From Candidatus Nitrospinota bacterium M3_3B_026 (lineage in GTDB: Bacteria; Nitrospinota_A; UBA7883; JBPRGF01): 64,000 bases of DNA. The DNA is taken from the NCBI GenBank assembly GCA_051418015.1, contig JBPRGF010000033.1, forward strand, positions 427,564-491,563, in the 5' to 3' direction. Under the pieces are notes generated by a model. It did no database searches. It saw nothing but the letters and a program-made list of their open reading frames with translations, and had not been told where the DNA came from. The position numbers were made by a program, and so were the translations under genes. Positions 20,295 to 30,396 of this stretch are shown in pieces; position 1 is the stretch's first letter, and each line of letters starts with the position of its first letter.

Positions 20295-21086
20295 GTGACA
20301 AGGATCGCGAGCGGCCTGGCCCTGGCCGCGCTGGCGCTCGCGCTGATACTCCTGGGGTCGGCGGCTCATTTTTTCGCTGTCCTGGAGGCTGTGGCGGTCG
20401 TATGCCTGCTGGAGTTTTACGGCCTGCTCCGGGCCGGAGGGCTGCCGCGCCTTGAGCTGGCCGGGACGGCGGCGGGCGCTGGGTTGCTCTTCGTCTTCTA
20501 CATGGAGGACCCTTTCGCCATAACCGCCTTCGCGGGCGCGGCTTTTGTCGTTGTCTTCATCACCGCCGTCGGCGTACACAAAAAAAGCGCCCTCTCCGCG
20601 GCGGCCTTCACCATGCTCGGCGCTGTCTACATCTCCGTCACGCTGGGAGCGCTGGCCCTTATCCGCAAGGCCCCGGACGGCGCCACGCTGGTCATAACCC
20701 TGGTAACGGCCAACGCTCTCGCGGACGTATTCGCCTACTATACCGGCAGGCTTTTCGGCAAAACGCCGCTCGCGCCCTCCATAAGCCCTGGCAAGACCTG
20801 GGAGGGCTTCTTTGGCGGTATCATCGGCGCGGCCGCCTGCGCCATCGCCCTGAAGGCGTTGATCGCTCCTTTCTTGAGCCTCACCGACGCGGCCGCCCTC
20901 GGCGCCATAGCGGGAATCATCGGCCCGGCGGGCGACCTGGCTGAGTCCGCGATCAAGCGAAGCGTGGGCGCCAAGGACTCCGGCAGGATCATACCCGGCC
21001 ACGGCGGAGCGCTGGACAGGCTGGACAGCCTCATGTTCAGCTCGGTCTTCTTCTTCATCTACATGAGGCTTTTCATTCAGCCGTGA
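20295..21086 (+). CDS. cdsA: Phosphatidate cytidylyltransferase
   Basis: SPGKTWEG, GDLAESAIKR, KDSGRIIPGHGGALDRLDS. Confidence 0.96.
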   Translation: MTRIASGLALAALALALILLGSAAHFFAVLEAVAVVCLLEFYGLLRAGGLPRLELAGTAAGAGLLFVFYMEDPFAITAFAGAAFVVVFITAVGVHKKSALSAAAFTMLGAVYISVTLGALALIRKAPDGATLVITLVTANALADVFAYYTGRLFGKTPLAPSISPGKTWEGFFGGIIGAAACAIALKALIAPFLSLTDAAALGAIAGIIGPAGDLAESAIKRSVGAKDSGRIIPGHGGALDRLDSLMFSSVFFFIYMRLFIQP

Positions 21087-22240
21087 AACGCATAGCCATA
21101 CTCGGCTCCACGGGCTCCATAGGCCAAAGCGCCATCGATATAATAGAGCGCTTCCCGGACCGGTTCACAGTCACGGCGCTGGCGGCCAGAGCCAACGTGG
21201 AAAAGCTCGCCGCGCAGATCGAACGGCTCGGGCCGGAGGTGGTCTCCGTCGCCGACGGGGAGAAGGCCGAAAAGCTGCGGTCCATGACCACCCGGAAGCT
21301 CAGGATCCTGACGGGGGTCGAGGGGGCCGTGGAGCTTGCGGGGATGGACAACAGCGATCTGGTGGTCTCCGCCATGGTTGGAGCCGCCGGACTCGCCCCC
21401 ACGATGGCCGCCGTCAAGGCCGGCAAGACGGTGGCGCTTGCGAACAAGGAGGCCCTGGTGGCCGCCGGGGCGCTGGTCATGAAAGAGGCCAGGAAAAACC
21501 GCGCCAGGATCATCCCCGTGGACAGCGAGCATTCCGCCGTCTTCCAGGCCCTGCGCGGAGAGCGGCGGAAAAACATAAGACGAATCATCCTCACCGCCTC
21601 GTGCGGGCCTTTCCGCGATCTCCCGATCGACAAGATGAAAGACGTGACGGTCCAGCAGGCCCTCAACCATCCCACCTGGGACATGGGCCCCAAGATAACC
21701 ATAGACTCGGCCACCATGATGAACAAGGGACTCGAGGTCATAGAGGCCCGGTGGCTCTTCAATGTCCCGGAGGACAGGATCGAGGTGCTGGCGCATCCCC
21801 AGAGCATCGTCCATTCCATGGTGGAGTTTTCGGACTCCTCGGTGATAGCGCAGATGGGGCTGCCGGACATGCGCGCGCCGATCGCCTTCGCCCTCTCCTT
21901 CCCGGAGAGGCTGGACGCGCCGCTGCCCTCGCTGGACCTGAGCGAAATCGGCAAGCTCACATTCGAGCGGCCGGACACGGCGAAGTTCCCCTCGCTTGCG
22001 CTCGCTTACGAGGCGCTGCGGATGGGAGGCTGCGCGCCGGCCGTCCTGAACGCGGCGAACGAGGTGGCCGTGGAGGCTTTCCTCGCCGGGCGGATACGGT
22101 TCACCGCCATTCCCCTCGTGGTGGAGAAGGCTCTGCGGGACTGTGAACAGGCACCTATCGCTTCTCTTGCGGACGCGCTTCACGCGGATCAGCGGGCGAG
22201 GGCGAAAATGAGGGAATTAATAAAGAGGACGCTCTCCTAA
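21083..22240 (+). CDS. dxr: 1-deoxy-D-xylulose-5-phosphate reductoisomerase
   Basis: LGSTGSIG, LANKE, PVDSEH, HPTWDMGPKITIDSATMMNKGLE. Confidence 0.97.
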   Translation: MKRIAILGSTGSIGQSAIDIIERFPDRFTVTALAARANVEKLAAQIERLGPEVVSVADGEKAEKLRSMTTRKLRILTGVEGAVELAGMDNSDLVVSAMVGAAGLAPTMAAVKAGKTVALANKEALVAAGALVMKEARKNRARIIPVDSEHSAVFQALRGERRKNIRRIILTASCGPFRDLPIDKMKDVTVQQALNHPTWDMGPKITIDSATMMNKGLEVIEARWLFNVPEDRIEVLAHPQSIVHSMVEFSDSSVIAQMGLPDMRAPIAFALSFPERLDAPLPSLDLSEIGKLTFERPDTAKFPSLALAYEALRMGGCAPAVLNAANEVAVEAFLAGRIRFTAIPLVVEKALRDCEQAPIASLADALHADQRARAKMRELIKRTLS

Positions 22241-22256
22241 GTCCGGCGGGCCGGGC

Positions 22257-23111
22257 TTACTCCACGATCAGCGTCTCCATCTTCTCAGGCTCCACCAGGC
22301 CCGCGGGGTCCAGCAGAAGTATCGTTTTGTCCTGCCCCTTCGGCCTGGCCACGCCCAGCACTTTCTCGGACTTCTCCGCCGACGACACCATGGGGGGCGG
22401 GCCTATCTCTTCCGGCCGCAGGGTTATGACCGACTCCACCCTGTCCACAAGGAGCCCCACGGAGATGTTTTCTATATCCACGATCAGAACGACGTCCCTG
22501 AAGGCGCGCCCTATCTCCGAGACAACGGAGTCGAAAAGCTCTATCATCCTCTTGAGCTCCCTGTTCTCCGCCCGCGTTATTATCCTGTGGGCTTCGTCGA
22601 TCCTGCCCTGCTTTTCAAGGCCCTTCACCTCCGCCGCCACGCCGTGTATCGCCCTGTGTGGGGCATCGAACTTTTTCAGCAGACCGGACAGAACGAGGTC
22701 GTCCGTCCTGAACTGGCCGTACCAGATGCCGAACTCGCACTTTTCGGGGTCCATCTGCTTTCTAAACTCCCGGCTTTCATTCACGGAAGCCTTCAGCTCG
22801 TCAAGCCAGTCCACGTGATCGCGCTTGCGGGCCTTGAGCATCTCGGCCAGCTCGGCCCGCTCCTCCCGGGCGGATTTCATTCCCAGGCGGACCCGCAGGT
22901 CTATCACGGGGATGGTAAGCTCGCGCAGGTTGATGAGACCGAGCACGTGGGGAGGGGAGTCTGGGAGTTCGGTCATCTTCGGGGTGATGACAAGCTCCCG
23001 GATGTTGTCTATGGAGACAGCGAACCATCGCCCCGCCAGCTCGAAGAGAACCCACTGGGACTCGTCCTGATCCTCCAGTTCCTCTTCTTCGTCAAAATCG
23101 TCGAAGGTCAT
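22257..23111 (-). CDS. cheW: CheW-family chemotaxis coupling protein with an internal CZB (chemoreceptor zinc-binding) domain
   Basis: CheW N-half (GLINLRELTIPVIDLR) and C-half (VGLLVDRVESV, LLLDP) flank HVDW..CEFGIWY..HRAIH. Confidence 0.85.
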   Translation of the reverse strand: MTFDDFDEEEELEDQDESQWVLFELAGRWFAVSIDNIRELVITPKMTELPDSPPHVLGLINLRELTIPVIDLRVRLGMKSAREERAELAEMLKARKRDHVDWLDELKASVNESREFRKQMDPEKCEFGIWYGQFRTDDLVLSGLLKKFDAPHRAIHGVAAEVKGLEKQGRIDEAHRIITRAENRELKRMIELFDSVVSEIGRAFRDVVLIVDIENISVGLLVDRVESVITLRPEEIGPPPMVSSAEKSEKVLGVARPKGQDKTILLLDPAGLVEPEKMETLIVE

Positions 23112-23290
23112 ATTGTTCGCCTTTGGGATCGGACATCAAGCCTTAGACACATTATAACCAAAAGCGCGCGCGATGAAAGCCTCTTTCGGGGCCGCGCCAT
23201 GGCTGTCCGCGCCAGGGGCTTTTTCGCTTTAAATTCCCATGCGGTTGACATAACCTGTTCTTTTTTTCTGAAACTGTCTTATTCAGCAGG

Positions 23291-24406
23291 ATGAGGATCC
23301 TCCACGTTCTTTTCACGAAAGGCTGGGGCGGGCTGGAGCGTTTCGCCCTGGAGCAGGCCCGCGCCATGGCCTCCCGCGGGCATGACATCATCTTCCTTGC
23401 GAGAAGGGGGGCCAGCGTCGCCGAGGCGTTGCGGTCCGAAAAGAACATCAGGACCACGGAGCTTTCGCCCATCAAGTATATCGACATCCGCGCCATGCTC
23501 TCCATCCGGCGGCTGGCGGTCAGGGAGGGTGTGGACATCGTACACGCCCATAACTCAGCGGACCTCGGGCTCGTGGCGCCGGCGCTGTGGAGGGCGCCGG
23601 GCGTCAAGCTGGTTTTCTCCAACTATATGCGCGTTCCGGCGCCTAAGCGCGACATCTACCATCGGCTGGAGTACGCAAGGGCGGACAAGATACTCACCGG
23701 CTCTGACTACATGCGTGAAAACTCTATCGAGAACCTGCCCGTCCCGCCGGAGAAGGTCGAGACGCTGCCTTACGGGCTCGACATGGACAGGTTCGACCCT
23801 GGCAGGGTTCCAAAGGGGGCCGTGCGCTCGCTGTACAAGATACCGAAAAACGCGCCCCTGATCGGCGTCATAAGCAGGCTGGATCCGCTTAAGGGACAGA
23901 TGGAGATGATCGAGGCGATGCCGATGATTCTGCGCCGCGCGCCGGACGCCGTCCTCGCCCTCACCGGAGCGGAGACACCGGAGCTGGCCGGAAAATACAA
24001 ACCGAAGTTGGAGGCGAAGGCCAGGCAGCTCGGCGTCCAGGACAAAGTCATCTTCACCGGGCCGACGGATGACACGGCCTCCATCCTGGCGGATCTGGAC
24101 GTCTACGTCCTTCCGTCTCACGCGGAGACTTTTTCGCTTGGCTGCCTGGAGGCGATGGCCATGGGAAAACCGGTCGTGGGCGCGCGCGCCGGGGGTACGC
24201 CGTCGATGCTGGAGGATGGCGCCCTCGGCCTGCTGGCGGAGCCGGAAAATCCCGCCTCGCTGGCGGAAAACGTGGCCCGGCTGCTGGAGGACGAGACCCT
24301 GAGGGAGAGGATATCCATGGCGGCCAGAGAAAAGGTGAGAAAAGACTACGACCGCCGCGCCGTTTTCAACAGGCTGGAGGAGGTCTACGGAGAGCTTTCC
24401 CGCTGA
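23291..24406 (+). CDS. Glycosyltransferase family 4 (GT-B)
   Basis: GGLERF N-terminus, RLDPLKG, ETFSLGCLEAMAMGKPVV (Ex7E). Confidence 0.9.
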   Translation: MRILHVLFTKGWGGLERFALEQARAMASRGHDIIFLARRGASVAEALRSEKNIRTTELSPIKYIDIRAMLSIRRLAVREGVDIVHAHNSADLGLVAPALWRAPGVKLVFSNYMRVPAPKRDIYHRLEYARADKILTGSDYMRENSIENLPVPPEKVETLPYGLDMDRFDPGRVPKGAVRSLYKIPKNAPLIGVISRLDPLKGQMEMIEAMPMILRRAPDAVLALTGAETPELAGKYKPKLEAKARQLGVQDKVIFTGPTDDTASILADLDVYVLPSHAETFSLGCLEAMAMGKPVVGARAGGTPSMLEDGALGLLAEPENPASLAENVARLLEDETLRERISMAAREKVRKDYDRRAVFNRLEEVYGELSR

Positions 24407-25095
24407 AGCAGGACGGGAACGCTCCCCATCACCGACACCCTCCGCCGTCCCACACGCAGCCTCACGGCGGCCACTTCGACGCCGGATTCCGCAGCCGCGC
24501 GCAAAGCGCCGCCAAAGGCGGGGTCTGTCCTCCAGTTCGGCCTGAAACAGGCGGCGTCCGAGCGCTGGATAACGAAGAGGACGGCGCTCTTGAAGCCCTC
24601 CCCTTTCAACCGGGCAAGCTCCAGGACATGCCTTCTCCCCCGCTCCGTCGGGGCGTCCGGGAAGCGGGCCACTTTGCCCTCCACCAAGGTGACCGATTTT
24701 ATCTCCACGATCACCGGAGGCGCGCCCTCCCCTTCCAGCAACAGGTCGAACCTGTGGGCCCCGATGGAATACTCCCGGCGCGCTTTCGTGTAACCGGGGA
24801 AAAGCGGGAAACCGCCCCCCTCCACAAGCTCCGCCACCAGGCGGTTCGGCGCCGTCGAGTCCACGAGAACCCACCTGCCGTTACGCCAGGCCGCGCGCAG
24901 GGTGTAGGCGGTTTTTCTATTCGGAGAAGAAGCCCCCTCCACCAGGACGCGCCGGCCAGGCGTCATCAGCTCCGTCAACCTGCCGGAGCTTGGGACGCTG
25001 GCCTCTTCCACCCTGCCGCTGATCTTTACAAGACACAGGAACCTGTTCACCTTGCGGACAAGAAAGGCGTCTAGGGGCTTTTCGGTGTGTATCAA
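24385..25095 (-). CDS. sfsA: DNA/RNA nuclease SfsA
   Basis: NRF, SGRLTEL, RFDLLL, EIKSVTL, FPDAPTERGRRH. Confidence 0.93.
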   Translation of the reverse strand: MIHTEKPLDAFLVRKVNRFLCLVKISGRVEEASVPSSGRLTELMTPGRRVLVEGASSPNRKTAYTLRAAWRNGRWVLVDSTAPNRLVAELVEGGGFPLFPGYTKARREYSIGAHRFDLLLEGEGAPPVIVEIKSVTLVEGKVARFPDAPTERGRRHVLELARLKGEGFKSAVLFVIQRSDAACFRPNWRTDPAFGGALRAAAESGVEVAAVRLRVGRRRVSVMGSVPVLLQRESSP

Positions 25096-26295
25096 CTACG
25101 TCCTGTATTCGGCGTTTATCCTGACGTAATCATAGGACAGGTCGCAGGTCCAGACCTCCGCCCTTGCCCGCCCGGCGCCAAGGCGCAACGACACGACGAT
25201 ATCCCGCGACTTGAGTTTGCGGCCGACTCGCGCCTCCCAGGGGTTTTCGGCCAGACGCCCCTTCTCGAAAATGACGACGCCCCCGATGGCCAGCGTCACC
25301 TTCGACACGTCCATGGGAACGCCCGCCGCGCCAGCCGCGGCCAATATCCGGCCCCAGTTCGCGTCCTCGCCGAACATGGCCGTTTTCACAAGGCTTGACC
25401 GGGCTATGGACATGGCCACGGCCCGCGCCGCTTTTTCCGAGGACGCGCCGTCCACCCTGACCGTGATAAACTTCGTCGCCCCCTCGCCGTCGCGGACGAT
25501 TTTTTTGGCGAGGTCGACGCAGACGGCGGTGACGGCCTCGAGCAGCGCGGCGTATCTTTTTCCGGCGGGCTTTTCGATCATCGGCGCGCTGGAGGCTCCG
25601 TTGGCCATGATGATGAGCATGTCGCTCGTGCTCATGTCCCCGTCTATCGTTATCCTGTTGAAAGAGGCGTCCGCCGCTTCTCGCGTCATCTCCCTGAGCG
25701 CGCGGCTGGAGACGGCGGCGTCCGTGGTGACGAACGCCAGCATGGTCGCCATGGCCGGGTGAACCATCCCGGAGCCTTTGGCCATCCCTCCCACGCAAAC
25801 CCGTCTCGAGCCGATCATAAGCCGCGCTGAGCTCTCCTTGGAGACAAGGTCCGTGGTCAGGATCGCCTCCGCCGCTTCGGCCCCGCCTGCGGGGGAAAGA
25901 AGGGGCGCGAGTTTTTCGACCCCCTTCTCAATCTTCTTTATCGGCAGGGGCTGGCCGATGACCCCTGTCGACGCCACGAGGGTCTCGGACGGCTTGAGCC
26001 CCGCCGCCCGCGCCGCCGAGGCCATCCGCCTGGCGTCCTCCATCCCCGCAGGGGTCAGGACGTTCGAGTTGCCGGAGTTTATCACCACCCCCCGCGCCGT
26101 TCCGGAACGAAGCCTCGCCCGGCTCCACAGGACAGGCGCGCCCTTGACGCGGTTGGCCGTGAAAACGCCCGCCGCCGTGGCGGGCCGCTCGGAGACTATA
26201 ATGGCGAGGTCTTTGGCCCCGGTCTTTTTTATCCCGCAGCTTATACCACCCGCGATGAATCCCCGGGGGGTCGTGACGCCGCTTCGCCGCGCCAT
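25096..26295 (-). CDS. argJ: Ornithine acetyltransferase/N-acetylglutamate synthase
   Basis: AGVFT, KGSGMVHPAMATMLAF, DGDMSTSD, RDGEGATK, INAEYRT. Confidence 0.96.
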   Translation of the reverse strand: MARRSGVTTPRGFIAGGISCGIKKTGAKDLAIIVSERPATAAGVFTANRVKGAPVLWSRARLRSGTARGVVINSGNSNVLTPAGMEDARRMASAARAAGLKPSETLVASTGVIGQPLPIKKIEKGVEKLAPLLSPAGGAEAAEAILTTDLVSKESSARLMIGSRRVCVGGMAKGSGMVHPAMATMLAFVTTDAAVSSRALREMTREAADASFNRITIDGDMSTSDMLIIMANGASSAPMIEKPAGKRYAALLEAVTAVCVDLAKKIVRDGEGATKFITVRVDGASSEKAARAVAMSIARSSLVKTAMFGEDANWGRILAAAGAAGVPMDVSKVTLAIGGVVIFEKGRLAENPWEARVGRKLKSRDIVVSLRLGAGRARAEVWTCDLSYDYVRINAEYRT

Positions 26296-26298
26296 CGC

Positions 26299-27315
26299 CT
26301 AAAAAAGCCCCTCCGCCTCGTCGAGGCCATGGCGGATGTTGAAAAGCTGGACGGCCTGGCTGGAGGCGCCCTTCAACAAGTTGTCTATGACCGACGTCAC
26401 GATGACCCTGCCCGTCCGGCCGTCCGCCTCCACGCCCATAAAAACCCCCGGCCCGCCGACGGCCCATTTCATCCTTGGGAACTTTTCCGTTACGGTTACG
26501 AGCCTTTCATCTTTGTAGAAATCGGCGTACAACCCCAGAAGCTCATCCCGCGTCCGTGGCGCGGCAAGGCTCGCGGTGATGGTGGTGTGTATCCCCCTGG
26601 CCGCCGGGAGCAGGTGGGGGATAAAAGTCACGGTTACGGGATCCCCGGCCAGGGCGGAAAGTTCCTGCTCTATCTCCGGCGTGTGCCGGTGCCGCGGCGC
26701 GCCGTAGGCGAAAAAGTTCCCCTCCATCTCGGCCAGCATGTAGTCCGGCTCAGCCTTCCGCCCCGCGCCGGTGACGCCGGAGACGGAGTTTATGACTATC
26801 GTGGAGAGGTCTATCACCCCCCCCCTGACCAGGGGCGCAAGTCCCAGTATCGCCGAGGTCGGGTAGCAGCCGGGAACAGCTGAAAGATCGGCCGTGGCGG
26901 CCTTGTCGCGGTACAGTTCCGGCAGGCCATAGACGGCCTTGTCAAGGAGCCGTGGCGCGGTGTGCCGGACACCGTACCATTCTTCATATACGGCGGCGTC
27001 CTTCAGCCTGAAATCGGCGGAAAGATCGAAGACTTTGAGGCCCGCGTCAAGCAGCCCGGGGACGACCTTCATCGACTCCCTGTGCGGCAGGCAGAGGAAG
27101 ACCACCTCCGCCCTTCCCGCGAGGGCGGACACATCGCCGCTTTCGAATTTCATATCGGAGCGGCCGGCGAACCTTGGAAAAACCTCCGCCAGCGCCTTCC
27201 CCGCGAAGGTCTCCGAAACGGCGAAGGCGAGCTTTGCTCCGGGGTGCGACAGGAGGATGCTAACAAGCTCCTGGCCCGTGTAGCCCGCCGCGCCGATCAC
27301 GCCTGCGTTGATCAT
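26299..27315 (-). CDS. argC: N-acetyl-gamma-glutamyl-phosphate reductase
   Basis: GAAGYTG, DLSADFRL, YGLPEL, PGCYPT, HRHTPEI, DNLLKGAS. Confidence 0.96.
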   Translation of the reverse strand: MINAGVIGAAGYTGQELVSILLSHPGAKLAFAVSETFAGKALAEVFPRFAGRSDMKFESGDVSALAGRAEVVFLCLPHRESMKVVPGLLDAGLKVFDLSADFRLKDAAVYEEWYGVRHTAPRLLDKAVYGLPELYRDKAATADLSAVPGCYPTSAILGLAPLVRGGVIDLSTIVINSVSGVTGAGRKAEPDYMLAEMEGNFFAYGAPRHRHTPEIEQELSALAGDPVTVTFIPHLLPAARGIHTTITASLAAPRTRDELLGLYADFYKDERLVTVTEKFPRMKWAVGGPGVFMGVEADGRTGRVIVTSVIDNLLKGASSQAVQLFNIRHGLDEAEGLF

Positions 27316-27446
27316 GCCATTCTCCCGCGTATGCCGATGTTTTCAGCCGGCCCCGCGCTGGAATACCCGAAAACGAAGCACGGCCCTGGAAAGGATGATA
27401 ACAGGGCGAGGCGCCCCGCCGCGATGAAAAACAGAGGGAGCGGTTT

Positions 27447-27848
27447 TTAACGTTTCGAGAACTGGTACCGCTTGCGGGCTCCGGGCTGGCCGGGCTTTTT
27501 ACGCTCTTTTTCCCTCGAGTCCCTGGTAAGCATCCCCGCCTTCTTGAGGACGGGCCTCAGCGAGGAGTCATATTTCTCCAGAGCCCTGGCGATCCCGTGT
27601 TTGACGGCGCCCGCCTGGCTGTTCAACCCGCCGCCCCGGACGGTGCAGTATACATCCAGCCTGTCACCGAGGTTCGTAAGGTCAAGAGGCTGGCGGAGGA
27701 TCATCACGGAGGTCTCCCGTTTGAAGTAGTCCGCCGCGGGGGTCTTGTTGACCTTTACGTCTCCTCCGCCCGGCATGATCCAGACCCGGGCCGTAGAGGT
27801 CTTGCGGCGGCCCGTGGCGTATATCTTGTCTTCAACCTGATTGGCCAT
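27447..27848 (-). CDS. rpsI: 30S ribosomal protein S9
   Basis: [24 protein letters not shown]-terminus. Confidence 0.98.
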   Translation of the reverse strand: MANQVEDKIYATGRRKTSTARVWIMPGGGDVKVNKTPAADYFKRETSVMILRQPLDLTNLGDRLDVYCTVRGGGLNSQAGAVKHGIARALEKYDSSLRPVLKKAGMLTRDSREKERKKPGQPGARKRYQFSKR

Positions 27849-27851
27849 CCT

Positions 27852-28289
27852 CTACATCTCCAGCGGAACAGGCTTCTGCGCGGCGTGAGGGTGCTCCGGC
27901 CCCGCGTAGACCTTGAGTTTCTTTATCACCTGGCGGCTGAGCCTGTTCTTCGGCAACATTCCTCTCACCGCGTTCACGACAATCCTCTCGGGATTTTTCG
28001 AAAGAAGCTCCCGGGCCGTTATGGACTTCAGGCTGCCTATGTAGCCGCTGTGCCTGTAATAGACCTTCTGGTCCAGCTTGGCGCCCGTCAGCTTCACTTT
28101 CTCCGCGTTGACCACCACGACAAAAGAGCCGGTGTCCACGTGCGGCGTGAACGTCGGCCGGTCCTTCCCCCGCAGGATATTCGCGACCTGAGCGGCCAGC
28201 CTCCCCAGGACCTTCCCCTCGGCGTCGACGATGACCCACCGCCTGCCGTTCACCGGGAAATCCTTCGGCTTCGCCGAGTATGTCTTCAT
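27852..28289 (-). CDS. rplM: 50S ribosomal protein L13
   Basis: [37 protein letters not shown]. Confidence 0.98.
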   Translation of the reverse strand: MKTYSAKPKDFPVNGRRWVIVDAEGKVLGRLAAQVANILRGKDRPTFTPHVDTGSFVVVVNAEKVKLTGAKLDQKVYYRHSGYIGSLKSITARELLSKNPERIVVNAVRGMLPKNRLSRQVIKKLKVYAGPEHPHAAQKPVPLEM

Positions 28290-28441
28290 GCCTTTTTTCA
28301 CGGAAACCTTTTCCTTTCGTCCCCTGACGAGACAACAAAAAACGAATTAAAGATATTAATTATTCACAGACTTGTTGTCAACATGAATTTGCGCGCTTGT
28401 CCGAAAATGGCGTCCGCTGTCCGGCCTGGGCGGGGTTCCGC

Positions 28442-30274
28442 CTATCGCAGGTCGATAGTGAGAACACCGGACTTATCGCCCTCCAGCCCGTCGGCGTCCA
28501 CCGCCGAGACGGCGAAGTCCTCCCTGTCGCCGGGCCCGAAACCGCTGAGGATATAAAAAGTCTCTCTCGTGGAGCCTGCCTGTTTCCACCCAAAAAAGCC
28601 TTTCGCGTGGATCAGGTACCGGGTGATGTCCACTTCCTTGTTCGGGTCCCATTTCAGAACCACGTTAGGGCCTTCCATTTCCCACCTCAGGCCGTGGACG
28701 GGGTCAGGTCTTTTCTTGGTCGTGGCAGAGACCACCTCTGAAAACTCTCCCTCCATATTGAACTGGTCGACCGCCTGTATCTTGTAATAATAGGTCTTGT
28801 CGCTTTCCAGCCCCTCGTCCAGATAATAGTTTCTGTCCGCGGGGACCTCGCCTATCATCTTGAACTCGCCTATTTCGGACTCGGAGCGGAATATCCTGTA
28901 CTTCACAAGGCCCTCTTCCGGGCTTTTTCTCCAAGTGACGGGAACCTGCTTCGGGCGGTTGCTCGTCGTCTCCACGTTCTCCGGGGCCATGGGCCGGGGC
29001 TTCGTCGTCGCGGAGACCGGCTCGCTCAGCTCAGAGCGCGACCCGGCCCAGTTGTAGGCCTGTATCTTGTAATAATAGACCGTGAAATTCTCCAGCCCCC
29101 CGCCGGAGCCGAAAATCCCGATGGTCTCCCCGTCAACGTAGGAGGTTTTATCCCTGCCCGAGATGTCGGCGATCTGTGCGTAGGGGCCCTTTTTCTCCTT
29201 CGCCCTGTATATAAGATAGCCGCGGACGTTCTCGTCCTCATGGGCCGTCCAGGACAGGGGGACATTACGCGGCCGCCAGCTGTCCGCCGTCAGCCCCTCC
29301 GGAGGGTCCGGCGGATGGGCCGTCGTGACGGGGACCGGGCCGCTCTTCTCTCCTTCGTCCCCATACGGGCTCAGGGCGGATATGGCGTAGAAATACTTTA
29401 CGGCGTCGTCCAGCTTCGGCGAGTTCGGGATTCCGCCGCCGTAGTCGTGATATTCGGTCTTGTCCCTGCCCTTGATCTCCTTGACGAGCTTGAAAGGCCC
29501 GCGGGGGGCGCGGCTCCTGTATATCCTGTAGCCGGAGACATCCCTGTCCTCGCCCGGTTTCCAGGTCAGCCGGACGGACCGTATCAGGCCGGACTCGCCC
29601 GCAAGGCCCTCCGGGGGCGACGGCGGTCCCATGGTGGTCACTTTCATGACCTTGGAAGGATCGCTCTCGACGTCGATGATGTTGACGGCCGTCACGCGGT
29701 AGTAATATATCCTGGAATCCTCCAGCGGATTGAAAACGGAGTGCTTGTCGATGTATTCCGTTTCACCGCGCTTTTTGTTTCCTATGACCCTGAAAGGCCC
29801 GTCCGCTGAATCCGCCCGGTATATCTTGTATTCCTTGACCTCGGGCTCCGGCGATTCGTTCCACGCCAGCCTGTTTTTGCGGTACCCGGCCGCGGAGCCG
29901 GTCAGGCCGGACGGGGGGGCGGCGGTTCTCCTGGCCTTGTCGCCCGGGGCGATGTTCCGCGCGCCTTGCAATATCCTGATGGAGGCCAACCCTCCATCCT
30001 GTTTCGCCAGGACCTCCACCACACCCGTCACCTCCTCGCGGCCGGGGCGCGCCTTGCCGGTCTTCTCGTCAACGGCCGGGCCCGTGTCCCGAACCACCAC
30101 GAGCTTTTCCTTCTCGGCCACGCCGGCCCCCTCGAAAGTCTTCAAAACCCCCGTGGAGTCTTTCGCGTTGATCTGCAGGATGTAGCCCTTGCCGGAAGGG
30201 GCGGCGGACACATGGCCGGAAAACGCCGTTATAAACAGGCAGAAGGCCAGAACAGCGGGCGCGGAGTTTCTCAT
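28442..30274 (-). CDS. Secreted protein with five fibronectin type III repeats
   Basis: Signal peptide; five repeats of P-x-P-x-x-L..W..Y-x-I-Y-R..YYY-x-(V/I)-x-A. Confidence 0.85.
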   Translation of the reverse strand: MRNSAPAVLAFCLFITAFSGHVSAAPSGKGYILQINAKDSTGVLKTFEGAGVAEKEKLVVVRDTGPAVDEKTGKARPGREEVTGVVEVLAKQDGGLASIRILQGARNIAPGDKARRTAAPPSGLTGSAAGYRKNRLAWNESPEPEVKEYKIYRADSADGPFRVIGNKKRGETEYIDKHSVFNPLEDSRIYYYRVTAVNIIDVESDPSKVMKVTTMGPPSPPEGLAGESGLIRSVRLTWKPGEDRDVSGYRIYRSRAPRGPFKLVKEIKGRDKTEYHDYGGGIPNSPKLDDAVKYFYAISALSPYGDEGEKSGPVPVTTAHPPDPPEGLTADSWRPRNVPLSWTAHEDENVRGYLIYRAKEKKGPYAQIADISGRDKTSYVDGETIGIFGSGGGLENFTVYYYKIQAYNWAGSRSELSEPVSATTKPRPMAPENVETTSNRPKQVPVTWRKSPEEGLVKYRIFRSESEIGEFKMIGEVPADRNYYLDEGLESDKTYYYKIQAVDQFNMEGEFSEVVSATTKKRPDPVHGLRWEMEGPNVVLKWDPNKEVDITRYLIHAKGFFGWKQAGSTRETFYILSGFGPGDREDFAVSAVDADGLEGDKSGVLTIDLR

Positions 30275-30396
30275 CGCTCAGTTTTCAAGCGCCTGGATCA
30301 TTATCACAAAAACCTTCAGCGGAAGTTCAAGCCGAAACACCGCCCGGTGGCGCCGTGGGCGGTGGAGTTTCCATTATAATCGAACCAGGGCGCGCC

